Shown: positions 11,649-25,067, counted from the whole stretch's first letter. The stretch is 63,154 nucleotides of DNA, filler included, from Licmophora abbreviata (GCA_900291995.1; 5 parts of 5 records of this genome joined end to end with filler, not necessarily neighbours in it); one strand, 5' to 3'. A program made the numbers and translations. The notes: generated by a model not told the origin, from the sequence alone.

Positions 11649-13271
11649 TCAGAGCATTGCGTTTCCAATAGCAGTAGCAGCGCCTGCACTACCAATGGTG
11701 ACGGACACACACATCAAAACCTGGGCGATCTTCACAAGCAACATATCGACGGGGTCGCTACTTTCCTCCACAGATTTTCTAAACATCAACGTTGGGAAGA
11801 CAGCGACCACTGCTGTAGCGAAGATTCCGCCACCCACTGAGAGGACGAGCATCAGATCACGCACAAATGCGGCGCCGACTGTAACAATGGATAGAATAAT
11901 CACGGAAAGAGATGACACAGCATTGTCGGTTCGCTCCTCGAGAGGTACTTGTAGTGCATCGAGGACGCCATCACGGAGTCCAACAAAGGGAAGTGGATAG
12001 GTGAAGATAAGAGAAAGAGCCACGGCCACCCGTGAGAAGGTTACTAGAGGGTCAAATGAACTGTAGTTGTTCAATATAAAGCTGTCTGAGTTGGCTCCGA
12101 ACGTCAAGAATCCCATAGCCGCCACAATCATAAAGAAGAGCGCCGACACGGTAAAGGATATAGCAATGACTGTATCGAACCTGGCATTTGTGTGATTTTG
12201 AAGCTCATTGTGAAAGCGCGGAGCATTGTAATGGGCAACAAAGGCCGTTGCCAGTGTACATGCGAGCACGACAAGTCCACCAGGATCAGCAGTAGTGCCT
12301 GTGGCAGCAACATTATCAAACGACGGCTGCAGATCGATTGGAACACCACTCAGAAAGTTTGGCACTTCCGAAGTAGATGAGTAACTGCCATCGAAATACC
12401 GGAGAGCCATTACTGATGTTGTATATCCCATCCCAATGACACCCAAAAGACTGAAAGGCGCCAGAGAAGTCAAGTCTTTCATTAGGCAGAGGGGCAATAG
12501 TGCAACGACTGTCACGGCACCGAGTGCTTCAGTCCGGGTAACGAAGTCAAGCCCAATGGCCATTGCAATGGATTGAAAGGAATCGGCTATAATCATCGAG
12601 TACGCCAGACAGCCTAGTCCAGCTTTCGCCAAACAGGCATAGGCAACCCATTGGCCGGAGCTTGACGTAGTCTCTGCTTCCAATGCCTCCCAAGTGGTGT
12701 CGATTTCTTCTGCTCTTTTCCCTTCGACCGTTCGCTCCCATGCATCTCGATAACCGGTTGCACCAGTCGAGGTGCAGACACGTCCTAAGAGACTAAAGAA
12801 GAAAGCATTCATGAAACCAATAGTGGCAACGAGAATGATGGCCGGGTAGATCAGGGATGGTGTCACTGCTTCTGCCGTTCGGCTACTGAGGTGGGCAACA
12901 CCTGCTGGCAAGGCGAGGACGCCACTTCCTACAATCCCCTTGACCAAGGAAACCGAAAGATTGAAAATCGAGGCCTGACCAGGATCGACTGGTCGGTTGT
13001 CGCTATTGGTGACGCTCTCGTTCTCTGATGTCTCGCGGCCTATCGGTAGGAGTCTGCGTGCTCGGATCCTTGTTGCTGTTGTCATGCTCCTCGATTCTAC
13101 TAGTACAGAATGAGGGTGGCTCGTTCGGAACGTACTGCTTCTTGGAGCAAAGGCATAAGTGTTGGGCAAGAGCATCAATGAGCAAACTGCCGTCATGAAC
13201 ATGTTCTTGGCAAAGAGGGGATGAGGTTGTCGTGCCTTGTTTACAGGAGATGCACCACCGTCTGCCATCAT
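11649..13271 (-). CDS. Amino acid transporter (Aa_trans/SLC38-like), probably plastid-targeted
   Basis: IVGSGVLALP, SLAPFSLLG, AFVAHYNAP and FTYPL motifs with many TM segments; N-terminal signal followed by TYA-FAP. Confidence 0.85.
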   Translation of the reverse strand: MMADGGASPVNKARQPHPLFAKNMFMTAVCSLMLLPNTYAFAPRSSTFRTSHPHSVLVESRSMTTATRIRARRLLPIGRETSENESVTNSDNRPVDPGQASIFNLSVSLVKGIVGSGVLALPAGVAHLSSRTAEAVTPSLIYPAIILVATIGFMNAFFFSLLGRVCTSTGATGYRDAWERTVEGKRAEEIDTTWEALEAETTSSSGQWVAYACLAKAGLGCLAYSMIIADSFQSIAMAIGLDFVTRTEALGAVTVVALLPLCLMKDLTSLAPFSLLGVIGMGYTTSVMALRYFDGSYSSTSEVPNFLSGVPIDLQPSFDNVAATGTTADPGGLVVLACTLATAFVAHYNAPRFHNELQNHTNARFDTVIAISFTVSALFFMIVAAMGFLTFGANSDSFILNNYSSFDPLVTFSRVAVALSLIFTYPLPFVGLRDGVLDALQVPLEERTDNAVSSLSVIILSIVTVGAAFVRDLMLVLSVGGGIFATAVVAVFPTLMFRKSVEESSDPVDMLLVKIAQVLMCVSVTIGSAGAATAIGNAML

Positions 13272-13966
13272 GGTGAGAGGGTGTTTACATTACAGTCAAT
13301 GTGTTGCTTTTCGTACTTCGAACTCGCCGCAAGAAGTTTTCATGCGGTCGTAAACCTGTACGTATGTAGATTTACACGACAGAACTGGCAGCCAAACAAA
13401 CATCCACACAAAAGATATCATAGGAGCATACAGATCACAAAGTTCAGAAAAGAAGGTGATCAAATCCTCAACAACTAGCAGAGGCTCTGATGGTGAGATG
13501 TCGCTCTGATGTCCCTTAATCCCTCGTCTGTTCGCCCTCTATGATGTCTGCCGGAATATACTTCATCATGTTCTCAAAGCCGCAAAGGCGCAGCAGTCTC
13601 TGAGAATCTTGTGGCGGTAATTTTCTCTTGATTTCAGACGCTGTCTCGTTCAAGGTCAAAGTGGATATTGCATACTTGTAACCAGATACGAGGAATATGG
13701 ATATTCCATTTGTATCATACACTATGCGTGACTCGACTCGTGACTCGACTCGACTCATTCGAAACTGTACAAGAATTTGAAACTGCGACGAAAAGGAATG
13801 CATCATCCTACATCCGTCATGCCCGGTGCCGCAAGAATCATTCACTCTGTCGCCACCATACCTTTCTCGTTTTGTAGCACCAGTTTAATAATTTACGCCG
13901 AAAACATCTACTCACCATGTCGATTCCTTCTCGTTTCCACCCTTGCTCTATGGTTCGTGAAGCACC

Positions 13967-16900
13967 ATGCGGCTTCATGTGTTATCCAAACTTGGTGTCA
14001 GCTTCCTCTGGGCAGCTGCTGCCGCTGACGTCGCTTTCGGTTCGCTCTCTTCTTTCAATCCAAGCAAACACAATGCTCTCGGAGGTCTCCGTGACAGGTC
14101 ATCGATAGGTCGAGGAAATGGTCTAGGTGGTCTTCGCAGCTCTGCGCGACGTGGCGTTTCGACGGGCGCCCGCAGTCTTGCTACAGTTTTCTCGCAATGT
14201 GCGTCTCCCGACCTTCAAGCCGGTATCTTCCCAGATGAAATTGACTTGGGCTGTATCTCGATGAGCGATTTTATAGATGGCGCCGACGATGTCTTTACTG
14301 CCGGTGCTGACGACGAGACCGGACAGATTGTGTCAGATGTATTCGAACCTGTTCAGATTGCTCTCAACACGGCGAAAGACGTTGTGGGTCTCGATTTTGG
14401 AGCATGCGTTGGAGACTTTGAAGGAACTGACATTGTTGATCCTGAAGATGACCTGGCTGTTGAGTTGTGCTCTGAACTCCCTCTCAAGGCCGATGCGGAG
14501 TGGTCCATAATTGCTTTCGCGGTCGCAATTCCTGAGGGTCAATCTGCTTCTGTCTGCCCTGGCATCGTTGATGGAATCGAACTATCGGCCTGTCTCGCTA
14601 TCTCAACTTGCGATGACCTTCCTTCTATCGCCTTTGCTGTCAATGGAGGCATGTTGGCTTGTATCGTCGGTGAGCGTGACGCGTAAATTGTCGCGGAAAA
14701 CCCTTCGCTACGTGGTATGATCCTCTCACGATTTCACTTCCATTTTCTCGTCATTTTATAGCGCTTGCGGGCCCAGGGACTGGAGGCATTGCCTCATTGG
14801 TCGGGGCGGCGCTAGATGCTGGGCTTGACTCTGTGGCAGCCGGGTACTCGCTGACTAACGCATTTGAAATCGAAATCCCCCTATACAATGGCTTTGATCT
14901 TCTGACGTACACAAACACCCCTACGATGTTTGACATTATCACTGTTGGTATCGACCCAGAGAGATTTGGACTTGGTGAATGGTTCGAGCTGTCGGGCATG
15001 CTCACTCGCGGGCACACCGTTGTTGCTCCCAGTGGAGCACAGCTCACACAGGCCGACATCGAGAGCGCGCTTGCCGAATTCAATGCGACAGGCGAAAGCA
15101 GTGACATTCTTGTGGCATTTGAGGACTTAACGGTACAGGCTCTGTTCAAGGGTGAGCTCTCAGGTGCGCTTCTAATTGAAGAAATTCCTGTGGTTGGCCA
15201 AATTCTGCCCAACCTCGAGGTTGATATCGCTGAATTGAACGGTTTCCTGAGCACTGGAGAGCAGGAAATCAATGTAGTGGGCAAGGATGGCTTGACGACT
15301 GAAATAGTCTACCCGGGGGTTTCTCTCTTTGTTGGTTCCGCATTTGTTGGAGGTTTTATCGAAAGTCTTGTGAATCTTCTTGTTGACTCTATTGGTGCAA
15401 TTCTTGATCTGCTTCCCTCCTGGGTCCCCATCGACATCGGTGCGGACCTCATAAAAGACAGTTTGGACCTGGACAGCATTGACGATGGTAGTGGTCTTGG
15501 CGCTGGGGTTACATTCAACACTGCGAGGACAGGATTTCTGTTTGATGTCCCGCTCTTGATTACTGGATTTGGCCAGCTTCGAATCAATTGTTTTACCGAT
15601 TACAACAAGTTTGACTGCGAGGTGAAGGCCATCGTCGGTGATCTCCTCGAAGAAATCCTCACTTTCATCACTGGCGCTGCGGAGGAAGTTACAGATGGAA
15701 CTATGTGGGTAATTCGCAAAACAGATGAACTTTTCAGCGAAGGTGGTGAAGTCATTGGGGTTGCTTTTGAAGGAGCAGCGGACGAAGTTGCAAAGGTCTT
15801 TACTCGGCGGAATCTCGAGGAAACGGCCAGAAAAGTCCAAGCAGGAGTTCTAGAAGTCGCTGAAGAACTCGAGGCTGCGGTTGCGATCATGAGCGTTGTT
15901 CTTGACCCATTTGGGAGTGTGGCATCAGATGTTGAGGATGCAGGTGTGTGTCTTGTAGCCCGAATATATGGAGAGTGGAGATTCGATCTCGATTCATTCA
16001 TTGATGTGACTAATGTTCCTCCGTCGTATCGTGTCAGTGAGAGAGGTTGCCGAATATGGAGCATTCCTGTTTGAAAAGGCTGAGGAGGAATTTAGAGATG
16101 CTGAAAACGCGTTCAAGTCAGCCGCTAGAGCTCTTGAAAATGCTTTTAGCTGCAGGAAAGATTCGATCTTGAACGGCGGTCCATGCCGCGGATTCAACAA
16201 GATGCAAGAGGAGCTCGAAGAATTCGGCCATGACATCGAAAAGGCACTCGACGAGATTTTCCAAGAGGTCGGAGAGTTTTTCGATGACGTTGCTGCGGTG
16301 TTCTTTAGCACAAAAACTTCTTACAAGTACGAGGATGTCTCGGGGGAAGTTGATGGTATATTCAAATGTACGTCATGGAGGCTGCGTGCGGCTCTCTTTG
16401 AAATCGGCGAGAAGAACTAACGTTTCTCGTGTTCCTTTCAGGTCCACTTCAAAGGGTGATCAAAACTACCAAAAAAAAGGTGTTGGGAATAACCACAGGT
16501 ACCAAACGGAGGACGGTGTAAGTTGATGTTCGTGTAGCTTGCTGGAGGCGGTGAATTTCGTTTTGCCTCTTCTTACGCACTCAACTTTTTCTGGTTGCCG
16601 AAGGGCAAAGGTACCGAAGGAAAGCTGTATTTGCGCTCGTCTGGAAGAGACTGATGATCTCGTTATCAAAAGGAAGACATCAGACTGGGCAGAGGTGTCA
16701 GTCCAATATAGCCGAGAAAGTTTTTCGGATTCAGTGCTCGGGGCCAATTTTGCAGCTGACAAAAATACCTTGAATTGTTCCAGTCAATGGCTGCGGAGCG
16801 TTGAAGATCAGCTTCCGGCGATTCCTCTTGAGGTAACATGTGAGGCCGACAAGATCCTCAAGAATGGAACATTCACGACTTTCTCTGTAAAGAGCATGCG

Positions 16901-19487
16901 TTATTTGAACGTCAGTGACCAGTTGAACGCTGTGAATCTTGTCAATGAGACTAGGGATGCTTTAGTCAAAGAAATCACGGCAACCATGTATGTGAAGCCA
17001 CTTTTTTGCGTTTTTCAGGCCGCCCCTCCCGGTGACGGAAGGGACACCGACTGCAATACTCTAATCGATGATGACATTTTGTGTAACTACGAAGACGGCC
17101 TCAAAGACTCCCCAGGAACGTTAAGCCTTGGTTCGGCTGACAGGCTATATTTCAAAGATTGCAAGTGCGCTCCTCCTTTCCTCGGCTCCGTTGATCCTGT
17201 CGAGCTCTCGTGCGACGCCGATCGATCTGCCGCTGTAGTCGGCCGACCACCAGTTACATTATCGGGAACGGAGGGGTGTCCAGTCGGGGGTAATTTCATC
17301 GCTATCATGGATACACCTAGCTCTATTCTCAATCCTTTTGAAAACTGTGGTGAGGGAACACTTATTCGGACACACCAATATATCGATGATTTTGGGCAGC
17401 TCTCAAACAATGTGACACAGACGATCAAGCTGAAGGCTCCGTTTCCAGTCATGAATAAGACGCTGATCGACCCTGTCCGTTTTGTGAAGTGTACAGATCC
17501 TATCCTGGAAGCTCCTGATGGCGTTCCTGAGTATTTGTTCTTCCTGGCCCCGGATGAAGAGATCCCGGACGATCTAGGATTGAGCCAGTGCTCAAGTGAC
17601 TTGAGCGAATCCTTTGAGGACCTGTCCATTGACTACAGAGGCTGTCCTGAGTTTCCGGTCGATCCCTCCAGAAACGCCTACAAGGGATGGAACGTGCAGC
17701 GCCGATGGTTTGTTGAAGATGAATGCTTTCGTGGCGACGAGGTCATGCAAGTAGTCGTCCGAGAAGACGAAACTGCACCGACGTTCGATTCCTTCCCTCG
17801 TGTCCGTGTCCAGAGTTGCCGTGCGAGTTTTGAGCCGTTTACCACGGGATTTCCGGTGGTCTCAGATGACTGTGACCCCGCTGATGTAATCAATCCTTCT
17901 GACTGGAGGTTCGAGCCGGAGGAATCAGGGAGAATTAGCTTCAATGACGTGGGCGACACATCCGGTTGCCAACGGGACTTTGTTAGAGAGTTCGTCGCAA
18001 AGGATCGCGTCTGTAACCAGGTCTCGGCCACGCACTCAATACACTCTTGTCCGTTTGATTTTCAGCCTCCGGCGAGAGGCTCCTCCACCGAATATGATCC
18101 TTCGTCGCAGTTACCTATCTTCAATTACAAAGTCGGAGGTGATTCCACCCAATCCTTTGCTGATGAGGTTCACTTTTTCGAATGGAATGGCGACGATGAC
18201 GTGCTGACAGAAATTTGCAACGCGACCTCCGCCGCCTACCTGGGCACTAAGCTTACGCTTGCCAACTGGACAACTATCCCTGATGAGCTTGCAAACGGTG
18301 TGTTCAAATTTGATGACGCCCTACCGTTCGCGATCGAGATCAGTGACGAGAGACTTCCTTTCTACGAGACGGTCATGACTGAAAGCGACGGTGTGGGTGT
18401 ATTTCGTGTGATGCTGTCGTGTTCTACGGAACTCGATGGTGATCAGATCGACATGATGGGCTGTATCATGTTCAAATTGACTCTTGACTCGGTCGGGGTG
18501 CCCAGTGTATCTCCCAGCGCATTGCCAAGCGCAGAGCCAAGTGAGACCCGTAGTGAACGGCCTAGCGCAGAGCCTAGCGAGATTCCAAGTCTGTCACCAT
18601 CGACGTCATCGAGTCCAAGTGCCATGCCCAACGAGTTTGTTGTACGGACTGTTATGCCGGTGGGAGGGGGCGACTCAAATGGCGATCAGTCATGTGCATT
18701 TAGTTTCAGAGCATCCCTGGCTGGTTCTACTACCATTTATGATCCAGTGTCGAATCTCCCCTTGCTCGAGTATGTGATTGGTGGCAGTCCAATACAGACT
18801 TTTGCAGATGAGGTTATTTTCAATGAATGGGATGACACGAGTTTTGGATTCACTCGTCGAACGGTCGATTTCTGCAATGGAACCACTGTCGAATATCTCG
18901 ATACCATTGGCTTCGAACCGACATGGACTGCAGTCCCAGAGGAGTTTTCAAATGGCGTCTTCAAGTTCGACGACGGCAGCCCGTTTTCTATCCAGATCAA
19001 CGACACACAACTCCCCTATTACGAAACCATTCTGCGTGGTGTTGGTGCATTCCGCATCGCGTTGTCCTGTACGAGAGAGGGCGCGAACTGGAAGATGGTC
19101 CTGGACAGTTGCGTTGATTTCCAAATGACACTGGGTATGAAGAGCGAACAGCCCAGCGAAATGACAAGCGAGTCCCCGAGCATGCAGCCGAGTTTGATAT
19201 CGGAAAAGACTTTGTCGAGTGAGTCCCCAAGTGAAACGCCTGGGATTGAAACGAACAAACTGTCCAGTGAGGAGCCTAGCGCGACCCCCTCGGGGGCCAG
19301 TGAGGAGCCTAGCGGTGGTAGTAGTGAGCCACCGACTGTACCAGTGACGACGTTCGACAACACTGAAGTGCAAGTAAAGATATCTGGGTCGGGTGAGGGA
19401 TCGAGAAGTAGTGCCCTTGACGAGTCAGACAAGGAACGGGAATCATCCGACAAGACCATTCACACATTCTTGTTGGGCAACGAATAA
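13967..19487 (+). CDS. Large secreted acidic protein (~1700 aa) with HYR-like Cys-containing modules, a duplicated ~150-aa domain and PS-rich linkers; join(13967..14669,14762..15943,16038..16367,16442..16517,16604..19487)
   Basis: Signal peptide; four GT-AG introns link successive ORFs; DETAPTF...SC...TGFPVVSDDC...REFVAKD HYR-like pattern; PSAEPS/PSETP repeats. Confidence 0.7.
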
Positions 19488-19783
19488 AAGTATGACTGCT
19501 GCAACTGTGTGGGGTAGCGACAGGCTCGAAAACACCCGTCGACTGTCGGCCTACACTTCTCTCATGGTTCGCTACTAGCATACCGGTAGTATTATTCTTA
19601 GTCCCTCGCCACTTTCAGGTCGCAGGTAATAGTCCTTAGGCAGCTCATCCGGCCTACTTTCCCGCATACTATTACTTTTTATATTTATATGATGCAATAC
19701 TGCTACTACTAAACTTGGTTCGTCACGACTCGTCTTATGAGGCGTGCGCCAGTGTTGCTGGTTGTTATATTTTGCACATCCAT

Positions 19784-21102
19784 TCAAATGTTTTCCTTGT
19801 CCAGATCGTCAAAGTAAGCGTGGTTCAAGGAATCCTTGGCCGTGATGCGATCCTTGGGCGAGTAGGCCAAGAAGGATTCGAGCAAGTCGAGTCCGTTGTG
19901 GTCCAGATTGTCCCGGACCGTCTGCGCATAGGGGGTCTTGTACCATGTGGGGAATGCAGTGTTCCAGTCGGGAAGTTCCGTCACCCCAGGCCACTCGTCC
20001 TCCGTAGGGGTTCCCAATTGCCTGAAAATCTTGAAGAGCTGATCAATCTCCGAGTCGCCGGGAAAGAGAGGGCGCTTGGTGACCATTTCGACAAAGATGG
20101 TTCCAAAGGCCCAGGTGTCCATGGGCGGAGCGTAGGTGGGGGATCCCAATAGAATTTCAGGCGGTCGATACCAGAGAGTGACGACTTCGTGCGTGAGGGG
20201 TCGAATCGGGGGACAAAAGGCACGAGCGAGCCCAAAGTCAGCGAGCTTGAGACGTCCATCGCGTGTGACGAGCAAGTTCTGCGGCTTCAAGTCACGGTGC
20301 ATGACTCCACGGGCATGGCAAAAGGCGAGTCCCCGGCAGCACTGATAGAGATACGACTTGACAAGGAGAGGCGAGAGGAGTCCCTTGCAATTGTCCATGT
20401 ACTTTTTGAGGTCCTGATCGAGAAATTCAAAGACGAGATAGAGTTTTCCGTCCTGCTGGACGCAATCCTGGAGCTTGACAATATTTTCATGACTGAGTTC
20501 ACGCAGCAGGCTGATTTCACGAAGCGCCGTTGAGGGGATGCCTTCGTCTTCCACCTCGAGGCGAATGCGCTTCAATGCAACAATTTCATCCGTCTCGCGA
20601 TCCCGGGCTTTGTAGACGACTCCGTAGGTTCCCTCGCCGAGATTGGAGCCCGGCTTTTCGATTTTCTGGTATCTGGAGTGAACAAGCAAAGAGTGCGGCA
20701 TGGTGAGAAGAGCAGCAGGTGCGTTGTGGCAATCTTTGGCGAGCGCAACATGGCCAGGAGCGAAAAGTCGTCGCCGGCTAGTTTCGTTGTCCTCGGTCCG
20801 CCAAAATATTGGCAACGGATTCTCATTCTACGGGAGTAGTGGTAGACTTCTACGACAGCCGTTATTCGGTTCAAAACTAACTCCCGCCATAATCTGTCAT
20901 CTGGTACTCAAAGTACGTGACAATCACGTAGACGTAGGTGTCACGCTCAAGCTGTACCAAGCCGGGGATTGGTTCACTCGAAGCGACCACGATGCGAGTG
21001 TCGGTCGTTTTCGAGCCATTGCGGCGTCTCCATTGTACTTCTGAATACATAGATACACACTTCTGTCTATCCAGCACACAGAAGAGACACTCACCGGTCC
21101 AT
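19784..21102 (-). CDS. CDKA2: Cyclin-dependent kinase, PSTALRE type (diatom CDKA2); join(21095..21102,19784..20672), 298 aa
   Basis: 8-nt first coding exon ATGGACCG|GTGAGT spliced to CAG|ATACCAG gives [37 protein letters not shown] and [10 protein letters not shown]. Confidence 0.92.
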
Positions 21103-21405
21103 GGCTGTCGCATTCACGCTCCAAAGACGACACGAAATAAGAAATAATGACTACCGATGTTGGGAGCTTTGTGTGCCGAAAGTCGAAAGTGGGTCGGCCC
21201 AAGCCCGAGGATGCCCGTACATTCAACGTGTTTCAAGTACTGACTCCGTATACGCCCATACACTTTCTACGAAGGTGCGCCTCATTCGCACCCCCCGAAC
21301 TCCGATTGTCATACGTCTTGCCGTCGAACGACGCAACAGTTTCCACTTCGACAACCGCATGAACCATGGAAGTCGTCTTTCGCGTATGACTGATTCATCG
21401 TCACC

Positions 21406-22719
21406 ATGTCGTCCTCCAAACTAGCCTACCTATCCAAGTACACTACCGGTGGTGGAGGGGAAGAACGGCATGGCGACAAGAAGAAAAAAAGAAAAAGCAC
21501 AAGAAGACCGCCAAGCGGGACAGTCAGTCGTTTGTGCATGAGGTGGACTTGGATGTCGGCATGCCCTCGCTCCCAGCCGTTGATGAAGAGGAGGAGGATG
21601 GAGAAGGTCCAGCTGTCGTTGTCGATCAAGAACAGTCCTATCAGTTAGAAAAACGAAATGCTTGGCAAGAGGAGGGTGACTCTTCTTCGGTCGACGACCA
21701 CCATCGTGGTGTCCCTTCTCCTCGTCGAAGACATGACAGCAGTTCCTCGGAAGAGAGCGACCCTCGTACTCGGCGCAGACGCCATGATTCGGACAGAAGC
21801 AACAGCAATGTATCAGATGCCGACTCAGCAACAAGGAAGCGCCGCCGACGACACGATTCTTCTGCGGAGGAAGAGGAACCTCCTCGACGCAGTCATTATG
21901 ATTCCGTCGATGCAAAAGACTCTCAAGTGATGATGAGGAGAGACGTCCTGTGCGTACAAGGCACGATTCGGATGATGAGGATACTGAGTGTCTTCGGTAA
22001 AGAGATCGTCCAGAGAACGCATGTCTTCAGGGCACGCTGCGGGACTTCAGCAGGCCGAAGACTTTCGTCGTGCGGAATCCAAATTGCAACGGAAGCGTCA
22101 CGAGGATGCACAATCCATGGTGGAGAAACATGGAGTGGGAGACACGGTGTATCGAGATGCCAAGGGCCGCAAGGTAGAGGGTGAGGTCGTGCAGAAGCAG
22201 ATGCGTGCTGAATTGGACGAACAGAGTCAGAAACTGTTGAATAAGGGGCGGGTGCAGAGAGAGCGAGAGGAGTCACATCGACAAGAAATGGAAGAGCTAC
22301 GGGGCTCTTCGTTTGCGAGATTCAAGGATGACACTGGTTTGGAGGATTTGCGCCGTGATGGGATTCGCGAAGGAGATCCAATGGCAGTTCAGGCAGCAGA
22401 GGTAAGTTTATGTTCGTTTGTTTCCTGCTAGTGTGAATGAATCCAAGTTGTCGGCGATCTTTCTTGCGTCTGCTCATCACGCTTCTCATTTCCTCTTGAT
22501 TGGTAGAAACGGGCCCATGTGATGGCTGCCAGCGGGAGACCCCAGCGCCCGGTGTACAAAGGCCCCTCACCCAAACCCAATCGCTATGGGATTCGACCAG
22601 GGTACCGCTGGGATGGAGTCGACCGTGGAAATGGTTTCGAAGACAAGGTGCTGGCACTCAAGTTCAGTGCTCAGAGAAAAAAGGAAAACGCTTACCGGTG
22701 GAGCTCTGCGGACATGTAG
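21406..22719 (+). CDS. BUD13: Pre-mRNA splicing factor BUD13/Cwc26 (RES complex); three apparent 1-nt deletions; intron 22402-22506
   Basis: AYLSKY start, RRRHDS repeats, [25 protein letters not shown] and [22 protein letters not shown]; frame changes near 21487, 21921 and 21987. Confidence 0.85.
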
Positions 22720-22761
22720 TCTTAGGACGGTCAATCGAGCTGAAGCAGTAAGCTGACCAAG

Positions 22762-25067
22762 CTAAAATACTACGGAAATTTCTCCTTCGTTTTCGATGCA
22801 GTCGCCCTGAATCGCAACTGTAATTCGAATGACTCTGCCAACGCAAGATGCTGCTAGCTTGGCATCCGTTCCGGGTGTGTTGCCGATCGCCTTCCACCTT
22901 CCCTGTTCGCCGTTGACTTTAACCTGGATGTCTCGGAGGTCGTGCCGCGGAACGTACACAAAAACGTAGCCCTTTCGGTGATAGACGCAATTGAGATTCA
23001 TTTTGAAGCTGCTCGGCGTGCTCTCGCAACTTTCCACCTCAGTGCCGCAAGAGAAGTGAATGTCACTGCCTATGTACTGAGGCATGTCTGGCGTCACCAT
23101 CCGAATATGAAAGATTTCAGTCTGGTGAGCATCCAATCGCTTGCTCAGTGTCGTCTCTCCTTGTGAATGCTGAGAGTCCGGAAGCCATGTGTAGTTCGAC
23201 GACCAAAACGCGAAGATGTGATAGCCAGGGTGGCTTACAACATCCACATCATTTTCGATCGCCTCGTCGCCATTCTCCTTTAACTCGCTCTGACTGACGA
23301 AAAACGGATGATCCTCATCATCTTCCCATCCTGTTTCGGGGGGAGTGGATAGCGCTAGACCTGGTAGGTGCACAGTCGTGGGCTCGTCACGCCAGTTGCT
23401 GATTGATAGGAGAGTCCATGTCCCAAGACCTTTGCATACGTGGATACAGTTTCTCCTTCTCTCGTTCGGTGGAGGAACAGGCTCGTCTGGAGAGAAAGAA
23501 GTCATTCGACCATGAAATGTTGCCCGTAGATTGTGGTTGGCCTTGCCTTCGTTGATCCCCTCTAGAGGAGTAATTCCGTAGCGATCGGTGCACCACAAAC
23601 GGAGGAGACTGGGCAAGCCGTCGTTGGTGTTGTGGAGGTCCAACACAACAGCAGTAGCTCCCGTCATTGGAAAGATTTTCGAAACGATGTTCATGCGCTC
23701 CGGACTAACTTTCGTGAGATCATCGGAGAGGAGCAGCATTCCACACGTCATGGCAACGACAGATGCAGCGCTCGCGACTTCCTTGTCCGAGAGCTTCGTC
23801 GTCTCGCCAAGCAAGAGACAGTCAGGATCATTGTGCCACCAGCGGTGTCCCAGAGGAGCTCGTGACATGGAGTTTCGGATCATTGCTCGCAACGCAGGAA
23901 GAGTTCCGTTGTCCCACCATGGAAGGGGAAATGGAGGATACCATGTTGGGCCAGTGTCCGCTGAAACACGCATCCCATCAACAAAGCCGACGCCAGTACC
24001 TACTGGACAACCACACCCGATAAGAAACACGTCTGGCCCAGCCGCTGCGCGAACGGTCTGCAGAGCCACATGCATGGCTTCAGCACGGGTCATGGACAAA
24101 TCATATTTACTATTTCCAACCAAGCAGGCAGCGTAAAGGAAATCAATCTTGAGGACTGTAAAGCCCCAGTCATGCACAGCCCGGCGGACAAAACCATGCA
24201 CGTACTCTCGCACTTCTGGATTCGTCGCGTCCAAACCGTAGAAGAACTTGCCACAGTTCGAAGAGTTTGCTGGTCGACCCTCCTCATTTCGAATGATCCA
24301 ATCGGGGTGGTCCTTGGCAACCTGAGAGTGCTTGTCGCATGCAAATGGTGCCAGCCAAAGACCAGGTCGCATTCCGAATGCAACGATATCACTCGCAACG
24401 CCTTTCATTCCGCTAGCCGAAAACTTTCCAGGCTTGAGAGAGTCCCAATCGCCCCAGGCTGTCATGTAGCCATCATCGACGACAACAACGTTGCAAGGCA
24501 CCTGTTTTTGCATGTTTGCCAACTTTTCAAAGTTCTCTCTCAGCGACGCTGCCGAAATATTCTCATAATAATGATACCAACTGCACCATCCTGTAAGCAA
24601 CGGTCCATTCTGCAATGGCCGCGCTTCGTTGTGAGACGCAACAGCGTGCAAGTAGTGCACCATGGGCTCTTCATCGTAGCTGAGAGGAACAATCAACTGT
24701 GCATAGGCCCAGTCCGAACATGTAGGTCGCAACTGCAAGGTCGCATCGGCAGAGGCGTGCATGGCCACATGTTGCAAGTCCTCATCTACCGTGATGACTC
24801 CGAGCTCATGATGCTGTGCCAACCACCCCAGTACCAACGCAGGACCACCCGTCTCATCCAACCAGCGGTACGGAAACTGCCGCTCCGCCTGCATAGCCGC
24901 TGCCGCTCGTCGTAGCAAAGCCCCCGGCCCTCGCAAGACGTGTCCGACGCGTCCATCCGAAGTGATGCACGTGAAAAAGTCCGACTGGTACTTGTATTCG
25001 GGTGGTGTCTCCTGAGCAGCAGAAGGAAACTTCGATTCTCTGTTTCCCTCGTCTTCCAAACTCGTAG
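22762..25067 (-). CDS. Alpha-galactosidase, glycoside hydrolase family 36; 5' truncated by gap
   Basis: GWCSWYHYY, VVDDGY, GLWLAPF, LKIDF, RVSADT and NDPDCL motifs. Confidence 0.85.

Noticed and set aside
13728..13757. GACTC pentamer repeats (similar GAGTC run at ~10452-10473)
   Set aside because: Short low-complexity repeats with no supportable function.
21484..21490. A7 run as a programmed ribosomal frameshift site in BUD13
   Set aside because: Two further frameshifts in the same gene and others elsewhere lack slippery sites; homopolymer error is simpler.
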